Origin: the human T2T-CHM13v2.0 reference genome, Homo sapiens
Assembly: GCF_009914755.1 (NCBI RefSeq)
Contig: NC_060929.1
Strand: one strand, 5' to 3'
Length of the DNA: 64,000 nt
The translations under genes were made by a program, and so were the position numbers. This document shows, one piece after another, positions 63,437 through 64,000 of this stretch (position 1 is its first letter; each line of letters begins with the position of its first letter). The notes under the pieces were generated by a model, which made no database searches, was not told where the DNA came from, and saw only the letters and a program-made list of their open reading frames with translations.

Positions 63437-63842
63437 TGTATTAGGCTGTTCTGGCATTGCTATAAAAAATAAATAACCGAGGCTGGGTAATTTATAAAGA
63501 AAAGAGATTTAATTGGCTCATGGTTCTGCAGGTTTTGCAGGAAGCATGGTGCTGGCAGCTGCTCGGCTTCGATGGAACCCTCAGGAAGCTTACAGTTGGT
63601 GGAAGGTGAATGGGGAGCAGGTGTATCACAGGATGAAAGCAGGAGCAAGGGAGAGAGAGTGGCTGGGGAAGGGTCACACTTTTAAATGACCAGATCTTGC
63701 AAGAACTCACTATCATGAAGACAGCACCAAGCCATGAGGGATCTGCACCCATAATCCAAACACCTCCTACCAGGCCCCACCTACATTGGGGATTACAATT
63801 CAACATGATATTTGGGCAGGGACACATATCTAAACTATATCA
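63437..63842 (-). mobile_element. MSTB/MSTA-like MaLR solo LTR
   Basis: 'tgtattaggctgttctggcattgctataaa...ggacacatatctaaactatatca'; perfect 5-bp TSD gcact (63432-63436 and 63843-63847). Confidence 0.9.
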
Positions 63843-64000
63843 GCACTGGAGTTATAAACTGCATCTGCTAGAAAATATTGAGCAATATCAAGTTTTCATC
63901 CGCTGCTCCAAATGCAGCAAGAGAACTGAGCTTTACCTCAATACTCAAGAAGCTGCAAGACACCATTGAGCAGAGAACAAAAATTGAAACTGGGGACATG

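Overview
This is primate (human-like) non-coding genomic DNA, either intronic or intergenic. I recognise no host protein-coding exon, RNA gene or CRISPR-like array. Well over half the window is transposon-derived. Main elements: a decayed ERVL gag-pro-pol remnant (2.6-5.0 kb); an almost continuous nested block from about 9.9 to 28.6 kb (old L1M > L1MC > full-length L1PA16 > three Alus and two younger L1 3' ends, plus solo LTR10C and Tigger1); a second L1 block from about 35.4 to 44 kb with a 5'-truncated L1PA4-like copy that keeps a 426-aa RT frame; and many Alu, MIR, L2, hAT, MaLR and MADE1 copies. The recognisable ORF-track proteins are L1 ORF1/ORF2 or Tigger transposase fragments; the rest are Alu- or microsatellite-derived or unrecognised. 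Structure the repeats do not explain includes two short local direct duplications of apparently unique DNA (about 85% identical), two fold-back inverted duplications, a consensus recursive-splice-site-like motif (Py-tract TAG|GTAAGT at 31335/31336), several candidate exons and microexons, and a few regulatory motifs. Subfamily names come from my recollection of consensus sequences and need RepeatMasker/Dfam confirmation. I found no convincing new biological system; the splice-signal cluster at 30.9-31.4 kb is the best lead.
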